A stretch of 63,614 nucleotides of DNA from Octopus bimaculoides (GCF_001194135.2 NC_068992.1:20576456-20640069), one strand, 5' to 3'. Positions 25,082 to 39,674 are shown, counted from the stretch's first letter. Notes: generated from the sequence alone by a model not told the origin. Made by a program: numbers and translations.

Positions 25082-27526
25082 TGTTTGTATATTTATATTT
25101 ATATGTATGTATGTATATATATATATATATGTCTGCATGTATATATTTATAATTGCATATCTATGTTTATTGCCACGTTCTCTCCCTTCTTGTATTAAAT
25201 TTAAGGATACCACAAGATATTAGAATTAAGTAAAGTGACAGTAAATGCTATTCATTTGTTTGAAATTATTTTTGTTTGGCAGGTGAAACGATGTAGTCCA
25301 TCTCATGAAAAGGAACAAATTACATGATAAAGTCTTTTTTTCTGTTTTCTTTGCAATTTAAAGACATGGCTAAAACGGTTAAAGGGGATAAAATTTATTT
25401 TCTACGTTGTAATGTCTATTCTTTTGTGACATTTCGAAATAACTTTTATCGTATACATATTTTCCCTACTAACCTGCAAGAGAACTAATGCGGCAGAATT
25501 ATTAAATGCCTTCCCAGTTTTACAAAGTTTAACTAGTCCCCGCTACTGCCGTACTGCTTTCGTGGTGTAAAGTCAGTTAAACACACAACCAACTAAATAT
25601 GTAGGTGATTTAACTAAACGGCGTTTCAAATGGATCAAAAGTTTTAGATTTGTGTAACCTTTTCGTTGGACTCTGACACTATTTGAATCTGACTTAATTA
25701 TAGTCAATTATGAAACATTGGAATACATGCACATATTTCTCTATATAAATGAATTATCATAATACGTTCGTTGAATACCGAAAATAAATGCGCAAATAAA
25801 AAGAAAATTATGGAAACTAGAAACCCAGGGTCAAGCAACATTCACCACCATAATACACGTGTTTCATGCCTGCAGTAACGTACTTTTTTAACCTAGCAAA
25901 TCTGGTTTTGTGCAGAAAAGTCTTATCTAGATATTGTGCAAAAGATTTCAAAGCCAGACACACGAAGTGTAATTGAAAAAACAAAACAAATATTTCTACG
26001 AATAGTATCCTTCGTGTCATCAGACTTGATAATTATTATATAAATACTTTCAAATTGTTGCTACTTACATCAGTAATTTTTTATGAAATATAACAACAAT
26101 AACAGCGTACTGAATACTAAGCGGGAAATGACTAATATGAACGCAGAAGACAATTTGTAAAACGTGCATGGATATGAGTTTCATATTATGTAGGCAAGGT
26201 ATTTTTACTGTATATATTTTAATACTGGAGTTAAAGTGACATAAATATTTGCAATGATAGGTGTTAGCATAATAGGTGTGTCACAGTTGCAAGAGCAGAC
26301 AACAAAATAGATATTAGGGATCCCCCGTTGTGACCATAGGGAGTAGTTTCTCTATTGTTTGTCATTGTAGTGATATTGTAATAACCTTCTTCAATATAGC
26401 TGGAATCAGGATTATCTAACTTGCATTTTCTTGTATTACATTGCGCTGTCCACGATATTAAAATCACATTGTTATTACAGTTTTACATTGAAGCAGGTGA
26501 TATCATTGAAATTACATTGATAATATAGTAGTGATGCAATATTGTTAAAATCGCTCAACATGAAGCATGGTATTTTCGGCTTTGACCGTAATATTGTTTA
26601 AAATAAATCGTTGATATATCGTGAAAATAAAAGAGATCAAACAGTATATAAACATATTGTATAATCCTTTATATATTTTCACATCCAGTATATCCAAATG
26701 AGTTGAGTTTGAATTGAAGCATACCAAGTTCAATATAATACGTACCATTTACATGAGTACACAATAACGTGTTGATGGTGTTAAACATTTTAATAGTTAT
26801 TACCATGCGGTATATATGCCTTATGGCAAAACAATTATATCACACTCGTCTTATTTTATTTTCATATCGCTAACAAGATATATACATATAGATAATACAT
26901 CAGTAAGCAGATGGATTCATTTTTAGAATACATGTATAAATACATGACATTAATATGATTATATATCAAAATGATTATACATTATATATATAGGTTATAT
27001 AAATTATCGGTATAGTCGAATATAATTACTCTCACTACAATACATAAATTTCCCATTAATATTGATAATTGTCCTTGATGAACATTATATGAAATTCAAT
27101 AAATTGAGATATCAATCGAGGATTAACTTAGGATTTCGGACTAATGATTAAGCGTGTCCTTAAGCGATACACTGCCTTGTAGCAGTATCATTACAGATAG
27201 CATCGAATAGTTATGTTCGCAAAGTTGTAAATGAAAACATCAGGTGGGCAAGCGATAGTATAAATGTTAATTGGCACTAGTGAGATAAATGCAGCCCATT
27301 CACAAAGCATTAAGAAAGCAATGCACGGAATCTGAGTCTTATTCGCAACCGGTCATTCCTTGCAGATGAGAGATAACATTAACCAAAAAATGCTTTAGTT
27401 AGTATTACATTCTAAAATTAATGAATGCTATTATAAATCTTTATTGCTTTATAAATGCATATCCTAATTTTCACGTTGTTTAAACCAACAGCCATTAAAA
27501 TTACTTTTCAACCTCAAGGCAGTTTA

Positions 27527-27527
<1 letters not shown>

Positions 27528-27582
<55 letters not shown>

Positions 27583-27640
27583 CAATATCGGTGTCGTCGT
27601 CGTCGTCATCATCATTATTATCATTATCATCATCATCATC
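27528..27640. repeat. (TTA)n followed by (GTC)n/(ATC)n trinucleotide repeats
   Basis: Directly visible. Confidence 0.95.
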
Positions 27641-29374
27641 AGTCTGAAGAATTCGATAAAATAGACTGTATCGATAAAGTAGACGATCAATAAAAGGTGA
27701 ATTCTATCTTATATTTAAAAGATACATGACCAAAATGTACAGAGGCTCATATTCGGAGGTGAAATGAGATGGCTACCTCAAAGAACGTTTCGATATCGAA
27801 CGCTCTGCCCTCTAACAATGACCAAAGATGACCAATGTTATTCAATAGAGAGCCAAAAACTGTCCTTGTAAGGTAGAACCGCAAAGGGAGTAATACCTTG
27901 ACTCAGTCATGTATTTTATCCCAAGAAGCGTTTGTCTAGATTAGAACACTTGTCTCTGTCTCTCCTATGAAAGAAACATTTATGCAACTCGTTTATCAGA
28001 GTAAATAAGCTGTTCCGTTTCTTACATTAACCCGTGTCACTTGTTCCATTTGGGTTTCGATTCCACTATATTTGATATCTCCTTCGGGCCTCAAATTTCT
28101 TACCTATTGTGAACAAGCTTGACTTCTCTGACTCCATCTAATACAAATACATTATCTCTCATTGCTATCTGGACTTTTTCTCATCTGGCTCACAGAAACG
28201 GCGATTCCATAATCTCAATTCGTCCACCGTTATCACTTATACACTTCTACGCAATGTCTGAAAATACACTGTAATTTTTTTTAATTGAATATGCCACGAA
28301 ACCATTACGGAAATTGCATTCAATCGAGACCAAGCCAACAGCCTCCGATTGACTTACCTACCATTCATATATATATCAAATCGAGGCTTATATATCTGAT
28401 ACATTCGACCACAACGCTTCGTTCTTTCAAATGATACTAAAATTCTCACCTTTGAGTTAGATGCTCCTTACAAACTTTTTATCTAGACGCATGTAAATGT
28501 TCTCAACTCAAAGGTCATAACTGTCCTAAAAGTTGAAACAGCACAACTGTTAACGGTGGCTTTAAATGTGAATAATACATTTTATTAGTTGATACTTAAG
28601 TTCACATTTGAGCACTCTCAAGTATGACGATATGAAGTAAGCATTTTTGCACTTTCATTTAAGGTAACGCCCAGGTAACTATATTAAGCAAAAGCTTTCC
28701 TACAGAAACCAAAAGAACAGTGAGTATCTAACACATATTAGAACAATACAGAATTGCTTTTTTTTTTTACTTTTAAATTACAATTCAAATAGTATTCTGA
28801 AGAGAACGAGAAATATATAACATGAAATTTCTTTGAGGGAAAATTATATCTTTGGACTGCGTTTAATATATTTTCAATTTGTAATTACATAGTTTTCTGC
28901 AAATATATTAGTTTTATATTGTACATTTCCATAGAAAATTGATAAGTATAATGAACTTTTATATAAGGATATTATTTTCTTTCAAATTTGCGCACTAAGT
29001 TTACTTTCACATGAATATGGAATATAGATTAAATAAAAACGTGAGTGAATTGACTAATTAAAATTGTCTATAAATGAGATGAATATTGAAACTGCACCAA
29101 AATGCTTTTTAAATAGATAATATTGACATTTGAATGTCTTTAATCATACACAAAAACACACACACATACGCAAATACATTCATACGTGTTTACATATACA
29201 TATATATCAGAATGTTGGGTTTTTGCGCCATCTAAATATAAATTATTAATTAGCTTTCTACATTGTAAATGTGAATTTACACTTTATTCCCTCTTATACA
29301 TCAAAAGGAAGCGAAAATGCTACCTATTTCATATTGTAATGCATACTGTTTGACCACGAGATAGACCAATTAGT

Positions 29375-29415
<41 letters not shown>

Positions 29416-30540
29416 CCTTCAAAAAACGTAGACATTAACTTTGTTCTAATTATTCGCGTTTAGGAAGTGTTTTGATCCAAGTCAATGTGTTTAAACGAAA
29501 GAAATGAGCCATTCAGAACAGGAAAAATGTATGCGTCACTTAAACTTTCATTATTTGGTGTCTCAATTTGTGTGACGCTATACGCGACATAATCACTGAT
29601 AGAGAACAACTGCAACTGGTCTGAAACGAGACTTTTGGCCAAAATACAGAATACTTAGTTTTGTTTATATAGTTTTTCCAGTCTAGATTGCGTGTCAGTT
29701 CATTAAATTTTGAGATGAAATTCTTGGTTGTGGTACGTATTTCAGCTTACATTTTTTTTTCTCTCGGAGAGGATACATATGAAGTCGTACAGTCTAGCAG
29801 AAACTGCAGTTAATCCAGTCTCAAACCAGTCGCAGCAGATTTGTATCACTACAATGAAAATTGTGATAGCAAAGGGTGCGAATGTGAAATTAAATTATTG
29901 CATGTTTTGAATGGCTACTATGTGTTTCCTACGCTGTATTTGCATAGAATATGTAACTTTTCTATTAAATTTCCTTATATATCATTGCTATTTAGCTATT
30001 GGTGGCCTATTGTTTTGGATATCTACTTATCTATGTACAAGACATAGCATAGCGTTCGTGTTTATCAGAGTATTTTCATTAGTCTTTTCCCTTGATTGAA
30101 CGTAACGTATTTTGTTTTAAATATAATACAAAATCCAAATAAAAAATATTTACTAAATCGATAGCAAGCATGATGTCTTATACATGTGTGTGTGTGTGTG
30201 TTTGTGTTTGAGTTATACATGTGTGTATCTGTGTTTGCGTTTGCGTGTCTGTATGCTTGCGAGTGTATGTAGACATATTGATAGTTAGACAGATAGATAG
30301 GTAGGTAAGTAGGTAGCTTGATACATAGCTAGACAGATAAGTAGGTATCTTGATAGATAGAGCAAATGCAATACAGCTTTTTCTTTACCACCACAATCTC
30401 TTCCCTGAATACCTGTAGGAAAGAATACTCAATTGCAAGCATTCGAACCACAGTATTAATCACAGCCATTTAAATATCACAAGCACACAGGAAGTAGAAA
30501 ACCTCATATAGATTGCTAATTTTATATTTCGCACGTATTA

Positions 30541-30900
30541 TTGGATGAAGGATATATGGAGAAAACTCGTGATAAGAAGTCAATCAGAAACCAGATTTTG
30601 GCAGCACGTTGCGAGACAATGAATGTAAGGTTTCGGGGGTTTATGAGGAATTTATTTTTCAAGGCCTTTCTGGTCGTGCATCTTCGGATGCAACGACTAA
30701 GACGGCCATACATTCCATCACAGAAGCTGCACTGAAGGCTTCTAGGTGGCTATAAATGAACAGGGCAGAGCGTTATGTTGGTGCTACTGCTATTCAAACG
30801 GGTAATTGACCAACCCCAACCTGGTCGACTGGGCGAGGTAATCTGATGTTGAAAACATCTAGAACCCTAGAAACATAAATGAAGATGAACCCCATAGCAT
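30541..30900 (+). mobile_element. 3' end of HERO-like non-LTR retrotransposon (restriction-like endonuclease C-terminus and 3' UTR)
   Basis: NVRFRGF resembles EVGCRGF; after a frameshift AIHSITEAALKASRWL*MNR resembles the HERO C-terminus AI....EAAEKASRWLW.KR; followed by ggtcgactgggcgagg..tctgatgttgaaa, similar to HERO 3' UTRs as I recall them. Confidence 0.62.
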
Positions 30901-32070
30901 GCACGAGATGCATCTTGGAGCTATGAAAATTAAATATGAAGATATAATCTATTTGTTAATAATTTGTCACAGGAGGACACTATTCCACAATAATATACAA
31001 TCGAAGTAGCACAATTATTATGGGCACATTGGAAAATAAAATGCACTTAGTAAAATATAAGAGTATTCCCGACACGATATATTGTATAGACTCTAACCTA
31101 CATATATTGGCATGATCTGTAATATGCCTATGGTATATTTCGAACTTTTAAATGTTGATAGAAGGAAATATTTTTCTGAAATTTTTAGAAAATACTTTTC
31201 TGTATTTTATGTTAGATTATAAATGCATTTTTTCTATAAGTGTCATTTTTTTAAATTTAATTTGAAAACAGTAAATGGAGTTAAAACACAAGCAAATAAA
31301 ACGCCGTTCTTAAGCGGTAAGCAGTTTTCAATGTTTGGAATGTATTTGTGGGGAAAATGATTTTACCTTTTCTTATTTTAATTTTGTTTTCTCAAAGAAG
31401 ATTTTATACATATATTTTTTTTCAGAGTTCATGATATATTCCAGGAAGCCTAAATTCAATTTCTGCTAAGACATGTAGAACTTTCTTTCAATGAAATTTA
31501 CTTTTACATTCACTGACATTGCAATGTGTGACGTGTTATTTATTTATTACTTATTCGTTTAAATTTATTATTTATCTGTTTTATATTTTCAATAGTATGG
31601 CACTCATTTCCTCTTTAAATATATTCGTGCAATTTTTTAGGCGTTTATTTTTTCCTAAAGAGAAGACAAGTGCTTAAAATAATTTTATACGAGTCGATAT
31701 TTTATATTCTGGTCGAATCCTACGAAACTGCATTAAATTATATTCTTACAAGTATGAGTGTTTATCAGAGGAAATGTTTTTTTCTCTTTGATATCCTCAT
31801 TGTAAAAAAATATTGTTGTGCAAGTTAGAAAAGAGAGATGATTGTGAAAATTGACAGACATTTCGTTGCGCAGAAGTGAACTGCAATCTTAAGCGTTTCA
31901 ACTTACACTCTGGTATTGTTGGATTAGTATTTATTAAGGCTTGATCTGCCTGACAGTATCCCATATATAGTATCACAATATCTATATATCGTCTCAAAAG
32001 ATTCTACAAATTCAGATACATACTACTATTTTGCCAACGCTGTCTTTATGTCACTCGTAGAGATTGCATT

Positions 32071-32130
32071 CTCCGCTACACTGCCCTCCGCTACACTTCC
32101 CTCCGCTACACTGCGCTCCTCTACACTGCC
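32071..32130. repeat. 15-bp minisatellite x4 (ctccgctacactgcc)
   Basis: Four units with one substitution each at most. Confidence 0.95.
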
Positions 32131-33523
32131 AGGCCATATCGATAATTTTCAAGCAGTTTACAATGTTGTAGTGCTTCTTTAATTACTCAAAGGGTTAGAT
32201 TTGTATTTTCTGTAACTTTAAAACACTGACGAAACAGGTGTTTCTTGTACAATTTCTTCATTATTGATTTTTACTGTCGATGTTGTGGTTTCGTTTGGAC
32301 ATAAGTGTCTGTGGAGTTGTTTCTTTTGTTAGTTCTATTTTAAATACTTTATGCTGAGTTATTTCGTTTGTTGTTGTTTTTCTTGTTACAGTTTATCATC
32401 ATCGCAATTCATATAGAACAGGTCTGTAATCGAAATCCTTGCAGTTGAAGACATATTTTCCTGCTTTAACAAACGTAATTTCTCAAAAGGTAGGAAGGAA
32501 ATTGAGGAAGACACGGTGGCAATTTCCAACAGATCGGTTGACCACGCAGGCCTCCTTCGGTTGGGTGATTTTTCGCTTGCATGCAACTTAGTTGATTGTA
32601 TTTACTTATGTTTTTGGTTTTAAAATGTTCGTCTCCCCTCCTTCTGCCCTGTAATTCATTACCCCTGCAAAAAGCAAACAAACCTTTACCGTACAATAAT
32701 AATTTTAATTATGTATATACATGTGATGTGATTATGTATTGATACACAGCGATTTTCATAAAATACAGCCCCTATACTAAATTATTGTTAATGTATATCA
32801 GCACTTGGGAGGTCGCATGCAATTATGGAAAACGGCAGAAATTACGGAACACTATAAAAAGTAAAGTGTTAAGTAAATTAAAGTAATGACGGCTTCAATA
32901 AAGAAATTATAAACACCGTTTTTGATACTTGAATAATATTTCAATTTCATTTTACAACAATCATTCATGTTCCTTGATATCAGTAATTTGTTAGCATGAA
33001 GTACTTATTAAGAAAACAAAAATCATTCATCACACCTCATTTATTTCCTGTTTATTATTAATAACTTTCGTATTTTAATACAAAAAGATATTTAGAATTC
33101 AATGATTTTACGTCATCCTTCTTTTGCCATTCACCAGTTCCTATAATTTTGTTTGGTAGTTGCCGAAAAATCTTTTCTCATATTTATATTATTGCCTAAA
33201 GTAGAGTCTTAACTTACATAATTACCAAAATTGTTATTGCTATAATTCTATTGCCTTCAATGGTTTAAACTGTAATTGCTATTTCCATGCCATTGCTAAT
33301 TTCATTTCTTGAATAACTTATAATTTTATTTCATTTTACGATGGCGCCTTTTATTAATTATACAAAAGTGCAATCCAAACATACGAAATATAATAAAGCG
33401 AGAATTATAGATGCAAGACAGAATATATACCATGACAAAAGAGCGTCTAATTTTCTTGATCTATCAAAATACAAACATGTTTGTGTGTGTGTGCGTGTGT
33501 GTGTGTGTGCGTGTGTGTGTGTA

Positions 33524-33558
<35 letters not shown>

Positions 33559-33627
33559 ATTGGTAGCCGCATTGATAGATAGAGATAAGTACATGCATCT
33601 ATATATATCTATCTATTTAAATTGATG

Positions 33628-33718
33628 CGAAACGTTAGCATGACGGGCGAAATGCTTCTAGGTATTTCATCTGTCTTTATATTTTGAGTCCAAATTCCGT
33701 TGAGGTCGGATTTGCCTC
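33628..33718 (+). mobile_element. tRNA-derived SINE family A, 5' fragment
   Basis: gaaacgttagcatgacgggcgaaatgctt...ggtatttc...gagtccaaattccgttgaggtcggatttgcct. Confidence 0.82.
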
Positions 33719-34210
33719 CGGAGGAATTCAAAGCGAAGTGCTGATACGTACAAGATTTTCCTTGGTGTAAAAGATGGGCTAGATTAAATACTCTTCTCAA
33801 TACCACACATTTGTTTCACCTGAACCATTTAATCATTTCTCTTAATGGATGACGATATGTTCACCTCTGAACGCAAACGTGAGCAGTTGGGGTATATCAT
33901 AACCATGTTTTTATAGTATTCCTTTGGGGTCTCAGTTAGTCAATCCTCAGTTAGTATTTCGTCCATCATCTTTACAAAATCCCTTATTCGTGACCTTTTG
34001 AGAAGGATGGTCTACTCGAAATGAAGGAAATTCTAACTGGCATGAACCTTTGGGGGTCATGCGCTATTTATCTTGATATGATGTCACCAATGTCGCGCAA
34101 ATATGACTGCGATGCATTTGCTTCGTGGGCCCTTGTTAAATATCTGGTCATGAAAGCTATAGCATGCTTCAAATCTCTGTACAACCCAGCGTTACTTTGA
34201 TAGCGTGCTC

Positions 34211-34310
34211 TGCTGCTGCTGTTGCTACCGTTGATGATGACTACGACGACGACGACGAAGAAGAAGAAGAAGAAGAAGAAGATGATGATGATGATGATGA
34301 TGATGATGAT
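34211..34310. repeat. Compound trinucleotide array (TGC)/(GAT)/(GAC)/(GAA)/(GAT)
   Basis: Directly visible. Confidence 0.95.
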
Positions 34311-34659
34311 AAATATGGAAAAGTAAAATTTAAAGACTGAAATTTCATGAATGCATTAAAACAAAGAATACGCGGAATTATGTGAACAAATTTATATTTA
34401 TATAGACAATATGACAGGTAAAATATCGCTTTCGAAAGCGTAAATAATGTTTTTGCATTCAAGATTAACTGAACACATATTTCACAATACATATATATAT
34501 ATATATTTAAACACAGATGCATACACACGCGTATACACACATACACACATGTATATGTGTCATATGTGTGTATCTGTATAGCTATATATATATGAATATG
34601 CATGTCTACATGGGCATGTATATATGTATATATATGTGTATATATGTATATATATATAT

Positions 34660-34706
<47 letters not shown>

Positions 34707-35524
34707 NNNNNNNNNNNNNNNNNNNNNNNNNNNNNNNNNNNNNNNNNNNNNNNNNNNNNNNNNNNNNNNNNNNNNNNNNNNNNNNNNNNNNNNNNNNNNN
34801 NNNNNNNNNNNNNNNNNNNNNNNNNNNNNNNNNNNNNNNNNNNNNNNNNNNNNNNNNNNNNNNNNNNNNNNNNNNNNNNNNNNNNNNNNNNNNNNNNNNN
34901 NNNNNNNNNNNNNNNNNNNNNNNNNNNNNNNNNNNNNNNNNNNNNNNNNNNNNNNATATATATATATATATATATACACAGAGAAAGAGCGAGAGAGAAA
35001 CATATATATTTCCATATGCATATGAATGTGTTCAAGCTTATGTATTCTTTATAAAGTTAACAGACAGTAACACACACATAACAATGCACACACTCATACA
35101 CTTCAACGACAACAACAGCATCAACAACAACGAAGAACCAAATACACACACAGAAGACATTAATATCGAAACTTAATTTTCATGTGAATTTTGCACATTC
35201 GGTAACACACAGTCACGCACATACACGCACACAAACACATATATGTACGCAGCGTATATCTATTATTTGTATTTTTACTTGCATGTACGTCCGTCTGTAT
35301 GTATATATGTATGTGTGCATACATGCACGAATGTGTACGATAGCATGTACATGCACGTTATCTGTGTGTTTGTGTGCTGCTGTGAATGTATGTATTTTCG
35401 TCTGAACTATTATATTTTTGTATGTATATTTGAAGCAGAAAGTCGAGTTGATCACTAAACGTTTGATTGATGTGCGCTTCTAAGATTTATATATGCATTC
35501 AGCTAGACTGATACATATATATGG

Positions 35525-35566
<42 letters not shown>

Positions 35567-35718
35567 ATGTGTATGTGTGTGTGCGTGTGTGTGTGTGTGT
35601 ATTTATATATATATATATATACATTTATGCAAACACACACATATCTATACACTTATATATATATATTGATAGGAAGGACAACAACAGAAAAAAAGAAAGA
35701 AAGAAAGCTCGACATATG

Positions 35719-35768
<50 letters not shown>

Positions 35769-36299
35769 TTAATATATATGTGTTTGTGTGTGGGAAAAAA
35801 ATATTCCTGTAGAAGCACACACGTGAAACGTGTCACTATAATTGAATTTGCAAACGTCATTATTTGAAATTGTACAGACAGTTCACTTTGTCCAAATTAG
35901 CATAAACTAATTTTCGCTAAGTAAACAACAATATTTATATACAAAGATTAATTTGCTTTCTCCAAGACTGATATTTGTTGATATATTTAGCCAAGTAGAA
36001 GAAGGAAAATGTTGATCTTACTGCTGTCTCTATATTGTGTTTCTGAGTTTCGTATGTACCTTTCCCACATACTGCGATATTTGCGGATACATTCATAAAT
36101 ATAAAGACCGATAGCTATCTTCAGCACTGACACATATATATGCATACATCATGCAGGCTTGTTTATATGTATGTTAGGACTGGTTGTAATGCCCGGGAGG
36201 AAAAGATGATTTAGCATTCTGAACTTAAACTGAACTGTGGATGGGAAGAGTTAGAACAGTAATCAACAGTGAACACTGGGTATGTATTATATGTGATCC

Positions 36300-37389
36300 T
36301 GTTCAGCTTACTTAAGAAATGAAGAGGCATGCTGTTATTGTGATTATTAGGGCTGAGCATAGCTATTTAGTTATACCTCGATCTTTTAAAAGTTGCCAGA
36401 TCGTTCGTCTACAAAATTTATGAGGAGCTAGAGAATGAAGATGGAAACGTATCACAAGTATCATAGCATAAAAAGCATTCTAAAAGATTTGAAATCATCA
36501 GAATTCCTGAATTTACGCAGCATGTTCAACAGACCATTGATTACCATCCCATAAAGTCCATGAGGTCAATTGCAAAAGATCGCCATATGTCAAAAGGAAC
36601 AGTCAGAAATGTTGTCCACCAAGTAATCATATATAATTCTTGTATGCTGTGGAAAGGTCAGTTTGTCGAAAAAGGCAAAATAAAATCACTACATCACATC
36701 TAAACGGCTTTGAAATAAACTAAAAAATCCAGCAGATTTCATTTGGTTTTTCTCAAACAATAAAACTTCGACCAAGATGAAAACGTTAACAGAAGAAATG
36801 ACAGATGGTTATGTGCAGACCCTTCTGAAGTTCCCCGCAACTGTCATGGTTTTAGGGATTGTCAGCAATGAAGGACATGTGATGCCTCCTTGCTTCTTTC
36901 CAAAAGACCTTAGTTAACTCTGCCGTCTACATTGACATTCTGGAAATGGTTGTTAAGCCCTGGATAGCGAGTGTATGCAATGGAAGGCCATATGTGTTTC
37001 AGTGAAACTCTGCACTATCACTCATGGCTTTAGTAACACAGGAATGGATGGATAAAGCTTTTTCAGGATCACATAACCCTTCCCAGATCTCAATCCATTG
37101 GACTATTACTTGCGGAGCGTTGTTGAGAGAGAGGTCAATAAACACACACCTAACACCAAAGATCCTTTAAAAGCTGCGATAATCATATTAATATCCAGAA
37201 TGAACAAAGACTACTTAATTCGAGCATGTAGATGATTTAGGCCTCATATAGAAGACGTTGTTGAAGCTGAAGTTGGCTTTATTCAATAACATTATTGAAC
37301 ATTTTTTGATAATAAAGTTTTTATCTGTCATTATAGATCCGTTTTTTTTTATAAACATACATCTGTCTTCAAGTATCTTGCGCACCCTG
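36300..37389 (+). mobile_element. Degenerate Tc1/mariner-superfamily element, maT/DD37D-like transposase pseudogene
   Basis: With frameshifts: MKRHAVIVII..., WFFS.N.NFDQD..VNRRNDRWLCADP, KFPATVMVLGIVSNEGHVMPP, KPWIASVCNGRPYVFQ, PDLNPLDYY (Asp as third catalytic residue); right end gcgcaccctg|TA is the reverse complement of the cagggtgcg terminus at 47218. Confidence 0.88.
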
Positions 37390-39156
37390 TATATATATAT
37401 ATATATATATATATNNNNNNNNNNNNNNNNNNNNNNNNNNNNNNNNNNNNNNNNNNNNNNTATACGTGTGCGTGTGTGTGTGTGTGAGTTTAATAGTTTA
37501 TATAGTTTATAGACATGCACCACACAAATAAAGACACCTATATACTAATAAAGTTTAACTGCTTGGTGTAGAAGGAGTAACATAATACTGGTTAATGTTA
37601 TGAAATTTAAATTAAAATGGTCCTATCCAATTTAAATGTGTGCATATGAGTGTGTTACATAATAGTTTATTCTCTATCGTTTTTAGTACAGAACGTTTTT
37701 ATAACTAATATTACAATATTGATACATATTCATTGACACCGTCTATGATACATAGCTGCTGCATTTACACTGTGTTACCTAATGATATACTGTAATTATA
37801 TTTACAGATTATTAAAACAGCAAAAGTGTACAAAACATCATATGTGTGTAGTGAGGCAATGCAATAATTCCACTATGATAGAATTGTTTTAGTCCCCCAA
37901 ACAATTTTAGATTACATCAATTGCCAAATCATTTGCCGAAAATAACATTATTATTGCTTTCATTTTGCTAATGGTGAATAGTAATCAATCGATTTGCGTC
38001 ACTGAATTAACAATTGCTGGAGATATATATGTTAATGATGATAACGAAACTTATACACAGTCAAGATACTCATTCAAATTGAATTTCCTGATTTCAAATT
38101 AGAGTATATATATATTTTTTATATAATGCCCAATAAAATCATGAAATTAATTACTACATTCGTGTAATTTGCTTCGAAAATACATAATTATACACTATTT
38201 CCGTTTGTTGTAATTACACGATTTAATACCAGTAAATTATTGTATGGCATTATTTATTTTACTGTCTTGATCTTCCTCTCTGTCTGTCAACTTTTGTGTC
38301 NNNNNNNNNNNNNNNNNNNNNNNNNNNNNNNNNNNNNNNNNNNNNNNNNNNNNNNNNNNNNNNNNNNNNNNNNNNNNNNNNNNNNNNNNNNNNNNNNNNN
38401 NNNNNNNNNNNNNNNNNNNNNNNNNNNNNNNNNNNNNNNNNNNNNNNNNNNNNNNNNNNNNNNNNNNNNNNNNNNNNNNNNNNNNNNNNNNNNNNNNNNN
38501 NNNNNNNNNNNNNNNNNNNNNNNNNNNNNNNNNNNNNNNNNNNNNNNNNNNNNNNNNNNNNNNNNNNNNNNNNNNNNNNNNNNNNNNNNNNNNNNNNNNN
38601 NNNNNNNNNNNNNNNNNNNNNNNNNNNNNNNNNNNNNNNNNNNNNNNNNNNNNNNNNNNNNNNNNNNNNNNNNNNNNNNNNNNNNNNNNNNNNNNNNNNN
38701 NNNNNNNNNNNNNNNNNNNNNNNNNNNNNNNNNNNNNNNNNNNNNNNNNNNNNNNNNNNNNNNNNNNNNNNNNNNNNNNNNNNNNNNNNNNNNNNNNNNN
38801 NNNNNNNNNNNNNNNNNNNNNNNNNNNNNNNNNNNNNNNNNNNNNNNNNNNNNNNNNNNNNNNNNNNNNNNNNNNNNNNNNNNNNNNNNNNNNNNNNNNN
38901 NNNNNNNNNNNNNNNNNNNNNNNNNNNNNNNNNNNNNNNNNNNNNNNNNNNNNNNNNNNNNNNNNNNNNNNNNNNNNNNNNNNNNNNNNNNNNNNNNNNN
39001 NNNNNNNNNNNNNNNNNNNNNNNNNNNNNNNNNNNNNNNNNNNNNNNNNNNNNNNNNNNNNNNNNNNNNNNNNNNNNNNNNNNNNNNNNNNNNNNNNNNN
39101 NNNNNNNNNNNNNNNNNNNNNNNNNNNNNNNNNNNNNNNNNNNNNNNNNNNNNNNN

Positions 39157-39189
<33 letters not shown>

Positions 39190-39674
39190 GTTTAATACAC
39201 AAAGTATGTATTTATGAGCAACTAATTGTTTGCTACTTATAGGCTTCTAGACAGGTTTTAAAACACGTCTAATGTCACCACGTAATTTTCGGGATATGGG
39301 GACATGCCTATACAGGTTACGACTCAGAACAACAGAACAAAAGAAATCACGAGAGAAAAGCGATACACTAGGGTTTTAAAAAATGGAATAGAAAAAATAA
39401 TGACTGGGAACAAATTTCATTTATTTCTATCCCAGTCTTTAGACACCTTCAGTTGATTTTACATCATCTAGTCTTATGATTCTACAGCAAAATGTGACAT
39501 AAGTATGGTTCTGATTTTTAACTTATTTCGGTATTTATTCACTCTTCTATCTTGTTGTCCCTCCTTCATTTCCCTTTTTTTTTTTCATAATTTCTCTTTT
39601 TTTATTGTCCTTATTCATAAACTGTATAAGATCCCGAAGAAAACTTGTATGCACGACGCGTATTATATATCTAT

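Noticed and set aside
26545-26748. Minus-strand HLDILDVKIYKG resembling a Penelope RT motif (FLDV.IYK)
   Set aside because: A single short motif without the adjacent (Y)xDD catalytic motif.
33740-34000. Possible R4/Dong-like NH.L.MDD remnant
   Set aside because: It requires a frameshift, and flanking RT motifs are not convincing.
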